Source: Epithemia pelagica (lineage: Eukaryota > Protista > Bacillariophyta). Taken from it: a stretch of DNA of 64,000 bases. The notes below the pieces were generated by a model. That model searched no databases and was not told where the DNA came from. It was given only the letters and a program-made list of their open reading frames with translations. The DNA lies in contig OX337239.1 of the NCBI GenBank assembly GCA_946965045.2, forward strand, positions 186,001 through 250,000, read 5' to 3'. How positions within the stretch are numbered: position 1 is the stretch's first letter; every line of letters begins with the position of its first letter. Positions 9,630 to 21,261 of this stretch are shown here, one piece after another. The position numbers and the translations under genes were made by a program.

Positions 9630-12600
9630 TCATTCCGCTGCAATAGAAGAGGATACGCCTTCATTCGTCGCATCAGCCTGGCTTGTCTCAGCGGGGTTGT
9701 CGCTGGAGGAGACTTCCTCTGACTTGGAGGAGGTACTACAAGTCGATTCCTTGGACGGATTCTGTACAATGGATGACCAGGACGGCCCTGGTTTTGTGAT
9801 CGTCATGGAAGATACATTCACAGTCTTTTCCCCCGATTCATCTGCCGTGGCATCTGGTTCCTTCGGACGAACCGACAGCATGGGAAAATCAGACTTTCCG
9901 TGCGAGAATGTAGGGATCAGGGGTTTATTCGTAATGGGACGTATCGCTGTGTTGGTCGTTGCTGGAACTGGTGGGCGATTCTCATTGGCATCGGACACGG
10001 GTGAGTCAGGAACGGGAGCAGACAAGTCAATATCGTCAATGTCTCCGAGAAATTCCGCTCCCTCGCTCGGTAATACCGAAGGTGCGATTGTCGCAGCCTC
10101 CCATTCGCGGAATGCGGCCGTAGCTTTGGTAACGTGTTCTTCCTCGCCCGAAATGTGCAACCCGTCGCCGCCGTCGTCCGTTTTGAGAACTTGAACTCGG
10201 ACCTGGTGTGTCTTTTCAAATTCACGAATGTTGGATCCCTTGACTCCAATAAAGGCCGGCAATTCGTTTTCCGAAACGCGGACCAGAGCATTTTGGGCAC
10301 GCTCTTGGGCCAGAATTTCTTCCACTGCTGCTTTGGCCGACTCTTGGCATTCCACGTCGTCCGAGGAGATTTTTATCGTTCTCTTGTCGAGTTCAATTTC
10401 AATGCCGCACTTGCAACGCTTTCTAAGTTCCTTAATGCGACTTCCATTTTTCCCTATCAACCTTCGAAGAATCAAGCTGTCCGATTCCTCAAAGTTGAGA
10501 ACAATATCAGAGTCATTGTTGTTTTCTTGTTCTTGTTTGATCAGCCATTCTTCCAGCGCCGCCTTTGCCTTTGCAACAGCCTCTTGGTCGCCGGTGATTC
10601 TCAAGGAGCCTGATGGTTTCCGCAAGACCTGTGCCTTGACCTCATGCTCCTTCTCAAACTCCATGATATGAGACCCTTTGGGTCCCATGAAACTCATCAT
10701 GTTCTTGTCCGACAGCTTGGCCACGAAACAAGTTGCTCGCTCTTCGGAAAGCACTTGGTCCAATTGGACTTTGGCCTTTTCCAAAATGTCAGGATCCACA
10801 CTTTGAAGCGTGACGGACTTGTCCGACACTTCGACCGAACACGCGAAACTTTTCCGTAGCGACTTGATGCGGGAGCCATTCTTCCCAATTAATCTCGGGA
10901 CCATCCACTCGGCATCGTCTCCCAATTGTATTTGGTACAGTGCCGCGTCCAACGACGACAGTTTCTCATGGAGAACCTCACAGGCTGCTTTCACACAGGC
11001 GGCATTGGCGGATGTCATGACCAGCGCACCAATGTCACGATCCACGTACACAAAGGCGCCCGAGGATTCCGACATGTGTGCCAGTTGATCGGAGTGACTG
11101 AGAAGTTTCATGGCACGTTCGTCGGGCAATGATTCACAGGCGTATCGGTCCCCCAGCAAGAACCCCAACATCTTCAACAGCTGCGTTTTGGCGGTGACAA
11201 CATTGGTTCTTCTTCCGGAGAAAATAAGAGAGGATGTGGTGGTATCAACCTTTATCCGTGTCCTTGTGCTGCTTTGAATACGAGAAAGATGGTCACCAAG
11301 GCCACCCTTGTTGAATGGCGTCATGCAAGATGCTTCCAGAAAGACACGATTTTCATAAACACTTCCAGGAACGTCTTTCAAAAGAGCAAGAGCATGGTAA
11401 ACGTCGGCTCGGCATCCACGGAGCATTGCCTCACTTTCTCGGATCGCAAATGAGATTGGGATCAACTTGATGAGATCACGAAAGTGTGGTTTGTCCGACT
11501 TTTTTCGCATGGGCTCGTCCAATGGTTCTTTCACCGTCACGCTTGTGATGGTCAGTTGTTTGATCATGTGTTTGTGGCACTTTGCCACATCTTCATTGGG
11601 ACCACGCAATGTGACGGCATTGTTGGGCATGACGGCAATAGAAACAGTTGGAAAGGCCGTCTCGGTGGCCGATATAGCGTTTCCCCGTTTTCCCACCAGG
11701 ACTCCGGCGGAAAAATCATCCACCATGAATTGCAAGACTTGGAAACCGTCTCCGCCCTTTAGAAATCGATGAATTGCCGTTTGGACGGATTCGACGTTGT
11801 CTTTCTTCCCAATCATGGTCACGGAGAATGATTCATGGTCCGCAGTGAGCTTGACCGAATGAGCTTTGGACAACTCACTGATCTTGCTCTTTTTGCCTCC
11901 CTTCAACAGGGCTCGGATATCATTTTCCGATAGGGCCAGCTCTTGATGAAAGTTGTCTTGTAGAAACTGATCTACCAAGGCACGTGCCTGGACCAGATTC
12001 TCTTCCTTTCCTCGGAGCAAGACAAGGAATAGCTCGTCGTCCGTAGAAACTGTAACCAACTCGTTGAGTTCCTTCCAGTACTTGGATCTCAACAAGGTCC
12101 GAAATTGGGACTGGAACCGTAGCGGATCCAGTTCAATGCTCTGGACTTGGTTGTCTTGCAAAAAACCCCGCACGGCCTTGGCCACGGTTTCCGTCGCGGA
12201 TGGATCCTGAAAACTACCAATCGAGATTGTTCCGGCATGACGATCCATCAGGATGGTCACATGTTCCTGGTTTTGTTTGAGTTGTTGAATTCCCGCTCCA
12301 CTCTTGCCAATCAAGGCTGGAATGGCCGAGGCATGAATCTCCAGTCGAACAATGGAGGATTCCTGGAGTCGCAATTCATTTTGAACCAGCTCGACGGCTT
12401 GGTCCATGACAATGGCCTTGGCACGGACTTGTACGGCTCCTTGTTCAATGGCCACACTCACCGTTCCTCCCGATGACGACGACGACGCGTCTCGACAGCC
12501 CTGATTGACCAGTTTGTAGAGTGCTTGCATTCCCTTGCCCTTTTGCGCCAGCATTAGTTCCTTGACTACGGGATCCATGGGAACGACTTGGGTCAGTTCC

Positions 12601-13574
12601 TTGTGCTGGGCCAAGAGGTCCTCAATTTCCTCCCGGGCCTCCTGGACATTGCTAAGGGGGCCTCGTACGACAATTCGAGTGTCGGCCGTTTCAGTCTTGA
12701 TCCTGTTGTTGTGCGCGTTCTTTTTCTTGTTTGTTTTGGTATCCTCCTCCTCATTCTCTTCTTGTTGTTCCTCCTCCGTCGTCGTTGGCGGATGAATGAC
12801 TTGAATGGCGGCCTGATGTCGTTCGACCAAATCTTGAATGGTCCCACCCTGCTTGCCAATGACAATGGCCGATTCCTGGTGCGTAATCTTCCATTCTTGT
12901 TCGGTCAAATCCAGACGCTGCAATTCTTGTTTGGCACTGGCAACATCCTCGGGAACACCGGAAATGCGACACGATGATGACAATGTGGAGGATGAGGAAG
13001 GATTCTTCCGTGGAAGGGACGACACTCGTAGATCGACACTGGGATGACGTCCTCGCACTTGTTCCAAAGTGTCAATGCCCTTGGTGGTCAGGTACGACAC
13101 GACGGAGGGTGACAATTCGACCGTTTCTTCCACAATGGCCAAGAATTGATCAATGCGTTGCGCCGTAGCATTCAAGGACTGCAGCGGTCCCACAATGTGC
13201 AAGACGGGAGCATTGCGCACGACTTGAATGGAAACCTTGGTGGTGTCTTGCACCTCTTGAATGTGTTTGCCCCGTTTGCCAATCCACCGTCCCAGTTGAT
13301 CCTCCGGCATGTCCACGGTTTGACCCAACAATTCTTCGACCGTACATCCCAATTGTTGGGCCTGACGGACCAGAGCCCATTCTGTCCGATGTTTCGAAAT
13401 GCATTGCCCCAAGATCTGAAGCTCCTGTCGTAGATTGGAAATTTCCGTCTGTATATAGGTAGTAGTAGTAGAGAGGATCGCAGATAGAGTATAGTATATA
13501 CCGTAATAGAGAGAGAAGGAATGCCGAGAGAGTCACGGGAGTATAGTGTCCGTGTGCCCATCCAACATGGCAAT

Positions 13575-13630
<56 letters not shown>

Positions 13631-14947
13631 ACAATCACAAATCAAAACATGCATCCAAAAGAATAATACAACAACAACCACAACAATCAAGAGAGAGTGT
13701 GTGTGAGACGACATGCCATTCAGACTCGGGGGGTTGGGACGATTTTCCTTCTCTCCAAACTTTTAGAATAATAGGAGCAGAACCCAACAATAAGGAACGT
13801 CGCGAGAAGGTCCACCCATGAACAAGGAACCCTCTGGTACCGCTGTACAGCGTCCAGAAGGTTGCGTGTTCATGCGTGGCCCTTGTCTCGAGACATGGCT
13901 CGTGATTGGGAACATTTCCAAACAAGAGCGGAACCCAACAACAAGCCATGCCGAGAGAAGATCCCCCAATGAACAAGCAACCTTCTGGTATAACGCGGTA
14001 CAGCGTCCTGAAGGTTGCGTGTTCCTGGGTGGACCTTGTCTCGAGACATGGCTTATTTGATTGGGTTCCGCGCTCCCAATTTGAAGAAGTAGATCCAAAC
14101 CACCAATCTTGTACTAGAACCACGCAACACTGGAACAACTACTATACAAGTAACTTGCCTTTTTGGTGTTGCGTACTTGATCCATGGCTTGGAATTCTTG
14201 TACCAACCGTTTGGTGGCTTGGACGCGGGACATTTGCCACAAGAGTTCCTTTTCTTGTTTCAAGGGAATGCTGACCCGGGTTCGATCGTGTTCCAATTTG
14301 CTATCTCCCCACCAAACAACCCAACCAAAACACAAAAGAACATCATGAAATGAAAATGAGAAAACCCTGTTGACTCCAAACCACAAAACAAATCAAAGCA
14401 ACAACAACAATACAAATAACAACAACAATACAAGAACAGCAAGGAACGTACCGGAGTCGCTCATCCAGTTCGGCCATGGTTTCTCGAGGCCGTTTGGATC
14501 GTTGGGCGGATGGTTGTTTGGCCAAGCCATTGAGTTCCGCTTGAATCGACTGAATCTGTTCCTGTGAGAATCGCACCAACGAGAAATCAACACGACGGCG
14601 ACACAAAACATGAGAGACCAATGGACCACAATATTAGAATGAGCCACAATACTACTCCGATTGACAATTGTGTCGCGAACCACGAGCCAAGGCAATCAAA
14701 TCTATCGATCGATCGATCGATCCATTCATTCAACATTCAACATCCATCATCCATATCACACAAACACACAGAGAGAGACACATACCAATGTTTGTCGTCG
14801 TTGCGCCAGGGCCTTGGACAGATTCTCTTGAATGGTGGCGAGTCGAACGTTCAACGCGTCGTCCTTGTCGTTCACCTTGTTGTCATTGTCGTGGTCCATG
14901 GCACGGTTGGTGGTGCTTGTGCTTGTGCTTGAACCGGCTGCTGTCAT
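9630..14947 (-). CDS. Multi-KH-domain RNA-binding protein (vigilin/Scp160-like) with N-terminal coiled coil, about 1400 aa
   Basis: Repeated GxxG loops (IGKRG, IGKQG, IGKSG, VGKRG, IGKNG x2, MGPKG, IGVKG). In-phase exon model 14947-14786, 14561-14452, 14300-14177, 13448-9630. Confidence 0.85.
13579..13628. repeat. (GA)25 microsatellite in intron 3 of the KH gene
   Basis: Direct reading. Confidence 0.95.
13776..14075. repeat. Two-copy diverged tandem duplication, period about 151 bp (intronic)
   Basis: ATGAACAAG..GTACAGCGTCCxGAAGGTTGCGTGTTC..CCTTGTCTCGAGACATGGCT occurs at about 13818 and about 13970. Confidence 0.85.
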
Positions 14948-16089
14948 GGTGGGATGATTTGCCACTCTTGTTCCGCCAAAAGAGAGTTCTCGAACAATTC
15001 CAGAGTGCGTGGCCATCCATACAAAAAAGACTGACCAAAGCAACAAGCAAGCAAAAGATGTGGACGAGAGAGGTGAGAGTTTTTTCGGTGAAAGTGACCC
15101 AACACGAAAGAGTCACAATCAATGGGGGGTCATGGCGTGGTAATAAGTGGAATGCGTACCCTGCCGACTTGATCCAGCTACAACCGAGTGCTCCATCCTT
15201 CACGAAAAATGGAAATGTCTATCGAAATCGGAAGCACCGATCCTTCACAAGGAGTTGCCCAACCACACATCTCTTTGTTCGACTGAGTTCAGTATGAACG
15301 ATGTCGGGTAGATCGTTAAGATGGGGTTTGGGGTGGAGATTTCAGCAATGACTGCAAAACGGACATAGTCATCTGACAATGGATGGGGAAGTACAATGAC
15401 AGATTTGGACAGCGATTTGAACGTTAATTATGATAATAATAACATATAATATTATACAGAGGTGTATATTTTATGGTGTGTTCGGGTCATTTTGATCACT
15501 GTTAATCGCGCAGGGTCATAAGTCGATAAACTGTACAATTCAAAAATATTTGTATTGTAATATACAAATATCCTGTTTTCCCAACCAACAACAAATGACT
15601 TTTACAAGCAGTTGAATGATGGTGTACTCGTAGCAAGAAAAGAGGACGGCAGTCGTAACGGTACACGTCGCCTTGCAACTTGGGTCGAATCGTGCGAGGA
15701 GGGCGCCTGCGCCCGACGAGCCAGTAATCAGTAATCAGTAATGTGGCATTGAATTTTGAGGTGTTGCGTTATCATTGAACTTAGCCGTTCCATCCCTTCT
15801 TGGTGTGAATGGAGATATACCTATCTCACCTAAGCTACTCCTCCTACTCTAGTAGAGGGGGCTCCTACGCTATGTTGCTTCGTGTCGCATGCGCTGATAT
15901 GCGAATCCAGGGTGAGCGAGTCGACCTACTACTGAATACTGAATACTGAACTCAGCCGTCCTTCGCCTTACAATAGGCCAAAGTTCTCTGATCGGAGCGA
16001 CCCATTCGCGATCTGTTCTTTCGTGCGTCGGACAGACACACATGTCCCACGTCGCAAATTCAATCCCAAAAGCTCTCCTCAAGTCGACC

Positions 16090-18145
16090 ATGTCGTCGTC
16101 GTCGTTCGTCGTCGTCTCCCCAACCGAACCATAATTCCAAAGCATCCCACAACAATGTCTCAAACAACCATGACAATAACCAGGAAAACGAGGAAGAACC
16201 TTCCTTGGTCTCGTCCCTTGCCAAGACGTATGGAATCCCCAAAGCAATTCTGTTGAATACGGCCTTGATTCATCGTGTCTTGCAGACTGATCCAGTCGAC
16301 TGGCACTCCTTGACAACACTGCACGAGTCGTCCATGTTGTCGTCATTCGACGACGAAGAGGAGAAGGAAGTTAAACAAAGAAGGGCCACGCCGTCCTTTC
16401 ACGACTTTGAACAAGACTTGAAGAATGCCGTGTCTTGTACGGATTCTCCTTCTCCACACGACGACTCGCCTTTGACAACAGCAAGGAGAATCACCACCAC
16501 AACAAGGACAATGACAACCTCTACGATCAACAGATTTACGGTGGGGAGTGTGGCTACTGTGATTCGGAGAGCCTATTTGAATCAAGTGTGCCGTCAAGTT
16601 CAAGAACGACACCAAGAACAAGAACGACAAGAACACAACCAACTACCACCACAACAACCTCCAGTATCCGACACGGTTTCTTCTCCCTTGGAACCCATTG
16701 CCACTCTCTTGCTGGAATTGCACGAGGAAATACGAGCTCTGGTACCATCGCGTCGGGATTTGCACGGCATTTTGGACGACGATCAGGTTCGACGCACCAT
16801 ACAACAACATCCTTTGTCGTCGTCATTCCAACAACAACAACAGCAACAGCTCTTGGCACTGGTCGTGCATGCAGCCAAAGCCCTCGGCCAATTGGAATCC
16901 GAAGCACGAGCCGAATCCACTCTGGAATGGATTCGCATTGCGACAAGCACAACGACAAGCACAACTACTAGCACAACTACTAGCACGACATTGTCGGAAC
17001 AAGAACAAGAAGAAGAACAACAACAACAACAAGACGATTCGACCACAAGGATTCGATTTCTCATCACGTCGATATTGTATTTGATTGCCAAGGCCGAATT
17101 GTGTGCCCAAGACAAGCTAGATTTTTACCTGTCGCATCTATGGGCGCCCATTCTGCTCTGCATAGGTCCGCAATTGGAACGACAGGCTTTTGAACAACAC
17201 TTTGGCCCGTTGTCACACTCCACGACGGCTCCCGCGACCCGAGCCTGGATGCAATCCATAATTCGGACTGATTCCACCACTGCTACGACTCGTACTACTA
17301 GGGAGGATCCACGGACTCGCATCCAACGATCCTGGATCCAAGACATTGTCTTTCGAGACCCCGCATTGGGAAGCATGGACTGGCCCGAAGTGTTGTACTT
17401 GGATGTTCCAGCCGTGCACCAGATTCGATCCTCGGTTCGAGTCTACGTGGCGGCAACCGCCTTGGCTCTCTATGCCCGTCCAGCCGCGGCGGCAGCAACG
17501 AATGGTGATGAACCGTTGTCGTCTTTGTCTTTGTCAGTGGAGAAACGATCGCAACTGGTCCAAGCCCTCCAAGCACGTTGGTACCCATCGAACGACCTCA
17601 CTGCAGACCCCGCCACATATGAGAGCACTGTTTGTCAGGCCGTAGTGGAACTGGCACAGTGTTGGCGGCGGCAACCATCCGACGACGTGGTACTGTCGTC
17701 GGACGAAATCCAGGGATTGAGGAATCACACCCAACGTGTCTTGGCCGGAGCCGACCATGCCGTTGTCGACTTGTTGACGCAACGCGTCAAAGAGTCTTGG
17801 ACGGAACTAATGATTGCCACGGCAGGTTCCTCCTCCACTAGTACGGATCCGGATGCTCCGGGTTGGATGACGGCTCCCCCTCAACTCGTCAGTGGTCACG
17901 GCAACCCTTCTTTGTCTCGTTCCAACCACCACAAGCGTCAGTATGGGAAACGAGCCACCTTTGTGGCTCATGCCACGCACATATTGGCCCGTCACGGTAT
18001 GCCCTGGTTTGCCACCGAGTTGGCCGAGGCCGCGTGGAAGGCCCACCAAATCATTGCTTTGGCCTTGGACCTGTACTACGAGGTCTTGTTGGAACCCTGC
18101 CTGTTGCATCAACCACCACAAGACGACCACCAGCAACAAGACTAA
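16090..18145 (+). CDS. T-complex protein 11 (TCP11/Sok1)-like protein
   Basis: EIRALVPSRRDL, ESEARAESTLEW, GPQLERQAFEQHFG and WPEVLYLD..HQIR segments resemble TCP11. The nearest ATG (16090) is out of frame by one extra T at about 16105. Confidence 0.6.
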
Positions 18146-18339
18146 ACACACGCGCTCGCATGCTTTCCCCACAGTCATCATTTTGCTCGAGACAGAAAGA
18201 ACAACTCCAGGTGGTAGGGAGTTGGTTGCCGCGACGACGACGACAAAGAGTCGGCTACTATACTACCTATTCTATAGAGGGCGCTTCGAATGTCGCGTCC
18301 GGCACGTTTCTCATCCCGAACGAACCATCATTGTGGTTA

Positions 18340-18890
18340 GCAGGATGAGTGGACAATACGACTGCTGGATTCGGTATCGGATTTGTCTTTGTTGGTGTTC
18401 TTGTCGTTGTTGCATCGGAAGGCACACTTGGTCCAAGTGTGGGCCTTTTAATTTAGCAACGACAAGAACAAAAGAACAAGAACAATCCAACCAAACCAAC
18501 CATCAGAACCACGCAAGAACAAAACCAGAAACACCCACAACCACGACAAGACACTGTTTCTCCCTTGGAACCGAATCGTCGTCGAAATTATACTACTCTT
18601 ACTAGCCCAACAGGTGAGGAGTGGACGACGCGACTGCTGGATTCGGCATCGGATTTGTCTTTTGTTGGTGTTCTTGGCGTTGTTGCATTGGAAGGCACAC
18701 TTGGAGAATAAGGAAAAATCGAACCAAACCAACAATCAGAACCACACAAGAACACAACCAGAAACACTCACCAAAACCGCAACAAGACACTGTTTCTTCT
18801 CCCATGGAACCGGTCGCCACTCTCTGGATAAAGCTCACACCTCGCGGCGGGATTGGCATGGTATTCTGGACCATGACAAGGTTTTGTTCC
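18340..18890 (+). pseudogene. Two tandem partial duplicates containing TCP11-gene-derived sequence
   Basis: 18345-18560 and 18615-18830 are similar to each other. Both contain GACACTGTTTCT(TCT)CCCxTGGAACC matching 16668-16695, and the second also matches the PSRRDLHGILD codons. Confidence 0.75.
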
Positions 18891-18972
18891 GTTCCGGGAA
18901 AGGACTATTATGAGAATATAGCGAATATATACCAAAAATAAACCAGGGATACCCGTACGGGACCACCCCTTT

Positions 18973-19079
18973 CTGGTCATAGCTGAATTGGTAGACGCTT
19001 ACGGTCAGTATGACCGTATAACACAAGAGAATCGGAAGATCGGAAGGCGAGAGGTTCGAGTCCACAGTAAGTACCCCCA
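18973..19079 (+). ncRNA. tRNA-like (Leu-class) degenerate sequence with intact Pol III A and B boxes; possible SINE head or tRNA pseudogene
   Basis: A-box TAGCTGAATTGG (18980-18991) followed by TAGACGC; hairpin TACGGTCA-gta-TGACCGTA (19000-19018); B-box GGTTCGAGTCC (19053-19063). Acceptor and T stems do not pair. Confidence 0.45.
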
Positions 19080-19126
19080 AACAGGGGCTGGTCGCACAAA
19101 AAGACGAATCTATTCTCAATTCTCAC

Positions 19127-19500
19127 CTTCGAATCTTCGACAGCGGCTTGACGCGGTCGAAGCACAGCGCTTGCTGCGAAACACCGCGAGATTCTTCTCC
19201 ACCATTCACATGTTCCTGTAGTCGCATCTGAAGCTGTGCAAGACACACTCAAAGCCAGTGTGTCTTGCACACAAACAAACGTCGCAAGACCAGACCAGTG
19301 CTTGCGCTTCATGCGACTACAGGAACATAATACGAATGGTGAAGAACATTATTTGGGTTTGGGGGGTATACCTCGAGATCATCTGCGAGAGGGCAGTCAT
19401 CCTCGCGATCGCGAATCTCTCGATCTCGCGGTGTTTGACCTCCTTTTCCGCAGCAAGCGCTGTGCTTCGACCGCGTCAAGCCGCTGTCGAAGGTTCGAAG
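19127..19500. repeat. Long fold-back inverted duplication
   Basis: Perfect 44 bp arms at 19135-19178 and 19449-19492. Further paired blocks at 19179-19192/19423-19436 and about 19195-19240/19300-19346. Confidence 0.9.
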
Positions 19501-19584
19501 TTTCTTGGCGAAGCTTCTTTCTTCATGTTCGAGGCCCCAATTGTATTGTTGACCAATTGTTCAGCTTCCTCGTCCCACCTCTAT

Positions 19585-19960
19585 CCTAAAATAGTTCCTT
19601 GCAGGAGAGCATCAAGTTAGTCGTCGTCTTTCCGCTGCCATACATCACATCAGTGGAAAGGGTTGGTATGATATAAAGGACGAAATCCCTATATCGTATT
19701 CAAAGAGTAATAACTGGATTTCAAGGTAATTTGGATGATGTGTATAATACTGCATGCTTTCCGGTTGCTTTGATTGGTGATGCTATGCGGCCTTTTGATA
19801 TCTATGAGTAGACGAAAGGATGCGCCGTGGGGCGATCGCTTTGAAGTCGCATCAGTCTCGACGATGACTCTCTATAGCCTTCCAGAGTACTACTATAGGA
19901 TCCAAAGTACGAAGCATCCAAACAACAGGCACTCTCCATCATCGAGCTCCGTCAAAGTCG
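19585..19960. repeat. Conserved non-coding element upstream of Kelch genes (copy 1; others at 21300-21545, 24012-24185 and 49850-50030 reverse)
   Basis: Shared blocks GGTTGGTATG..GGACGAAATCCCTA..AATAACTGGAT and TAGCCTTCCAGAGTA..CTATAGGATCCAAAGTAC. Confidence 0.8.
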
Positions 19961-19980
19961 GAAAGGATTTCAGGAACCAC

Positions 19981-21261
19981 ATGGCCATGACAATGACACC
20001 GCAAGAGCAAGCGTGGCAATCGGGCCTTGTCCTTTTGGACCAAGACCCACAATGGAATACAAGCAACTGGCCTCCTCTCCTGGGAGGATGTCGTGTCCAG
20101 CATGCTTCGGTCGTACTAAATCATATCGATCCGGACAACAACAACAACCATGGCGACGACGACAAGACCCAAACGGTCGTCGTTATGGGGGGATTTCAAC
20201 GGAACGAACGTGTCACGAATTCCGTACTCTTATTGAATCTCCATGACATGCAGTGGCGAGAAGGGCCACCAATGAATCAGAGTCGTCGGGGACATGTCGC
20301 TGTTCTGTGCAATGGATCGGTATACGTACTGGGAGGACGCAACTGGCGTTATTTCAACTGTATCGAACGAATGGATGCCAGTGATTTATTACTGCAGTCG
20401 TCATCCTCGACAACACGCAGCAGCAGCACACATGAGAGGCATTGGACGACCTTAAACTGTGGACTAGCGACGGCACGAATGGGATGTTGTGCGGTTGCGG
20501 TTCATGATCGTTACATTGTAGTTGCGGGTGGATGGAAGCGAGAACAACAACAAGACTCGCTGTTGAGTTTTTCCTCAGTTGAAATTCTAGATACCAGTAA
20601 CCATACAGTGATGGAGGGACCATCCATGGCCTTTCCTCGTACAATGTGTTTCGGTGCGGTCATGGGCCACCGAATCTATGTCGTTGGAGGCGCTACACAC
20701 GTGGAGTACTGGGATTTGGCCAATCCTGGTGAGAAGGCCAAAACAACGGAGGAGACTTCTTGTCCAACGTTCATTTCACCTTCGTCCTCTTGGACGACTC
20801 ATTCTGATTTGAGACTTTCCATTCCACTTGCCGTTCCTTCTGGAGCGGTGGCCGTGGGATCCTCTATTGTTGTGGCGGATGCGAATGGAAACGTGGAAGT
20901 CTTGGATACGCACCGCGACCGTGTGTCGAGTCTTCCATCCTTCCAAAGGCCCCGTGATGGATTCAATTTAGTGGCTCTTGCCACCACCAATCAAATTGCT
21001 GTGATTGGTGGAGATGAAGATGGTGATGATGCATGTGGGACATTAGGGTTGATGGACAAGAATTCATGGTGCTTTCGTCGACTCTGTGAGCAACCAATGG
21101 GATGGTCTCGTCAGCTGGTAGCAAAGCTCTGTGAGCAACCAATGGGATGGTCTCGTCAGCTGGTAGCAATGCAAAAAGCTATCCAAAGTGTCCTTCGTAA
21201 TGGTACACCCGGTGACCCTTCGACACCAGCTCGGAAGAAAGCAAGGACCATTACATCGTAA
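19981..21261 (+). CDS. Stand-alone Kelch-repeat beta-propeller protein (copy 1)
   Basis: Kelch GG/Y/W repeats (VVVMGG..WREGPPM..VYVLGG..YIVVAGG..IYVVGG); N-terminal EQAWQSGLVLLD; C-terminal DKNSWCFRRL; intronless. Confidence 0.85.
   Translation: MAMTMTPQEQAWQSGLVLLDQDPQWNTSNWPPLLGGCRVQHASVVLNHIDPDNNNNHGDDDKTQTVVVMGGFQRNERVTNSVLLLNLHDMQWREGPPMNQSRRGHVAVLCNGSVYVLGGRNWRYFNCIERMDASDLLLQSSSSTTRSSSTHERHWTTLNCGLATARMGCCAVAVHDRYIVVAGGWKREQQQDSLLSFSSVEILDTSNHTVMEGPSMAFPRTMCFGAVMGHRIYVVGGATHVEYWDLANPGEKAKTTEETSCPTFISPSSSWTTHSDLRLSIPLAVPSGAVAVGSSIVVADANGNVEVLDTHRDRVSSLPSFQRPRDGFNLVALATTNQIAVIGGDEDGDDACGTLGLMDKNSWCFRRLCEQPMGWSRQLVAKLCEQPMGWSRQLVAMQKAIQSVLRNGTPGDPSTPARKKARTITS

Noticed and set aside
9601-13433. 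Plus-strand ORFs over the KH gene (and similar shadows at 46890-47576, 50332-51084, 52627-53346)
   Set aside because: Antisense shadows of real genes with no independent motifs.
18973-19079. Functional tRNA-Tyr(GTA)
   Set aside because: GTA sits in the hairpin loop, but position 33 is not U and the acceptor and T stems do not pair.
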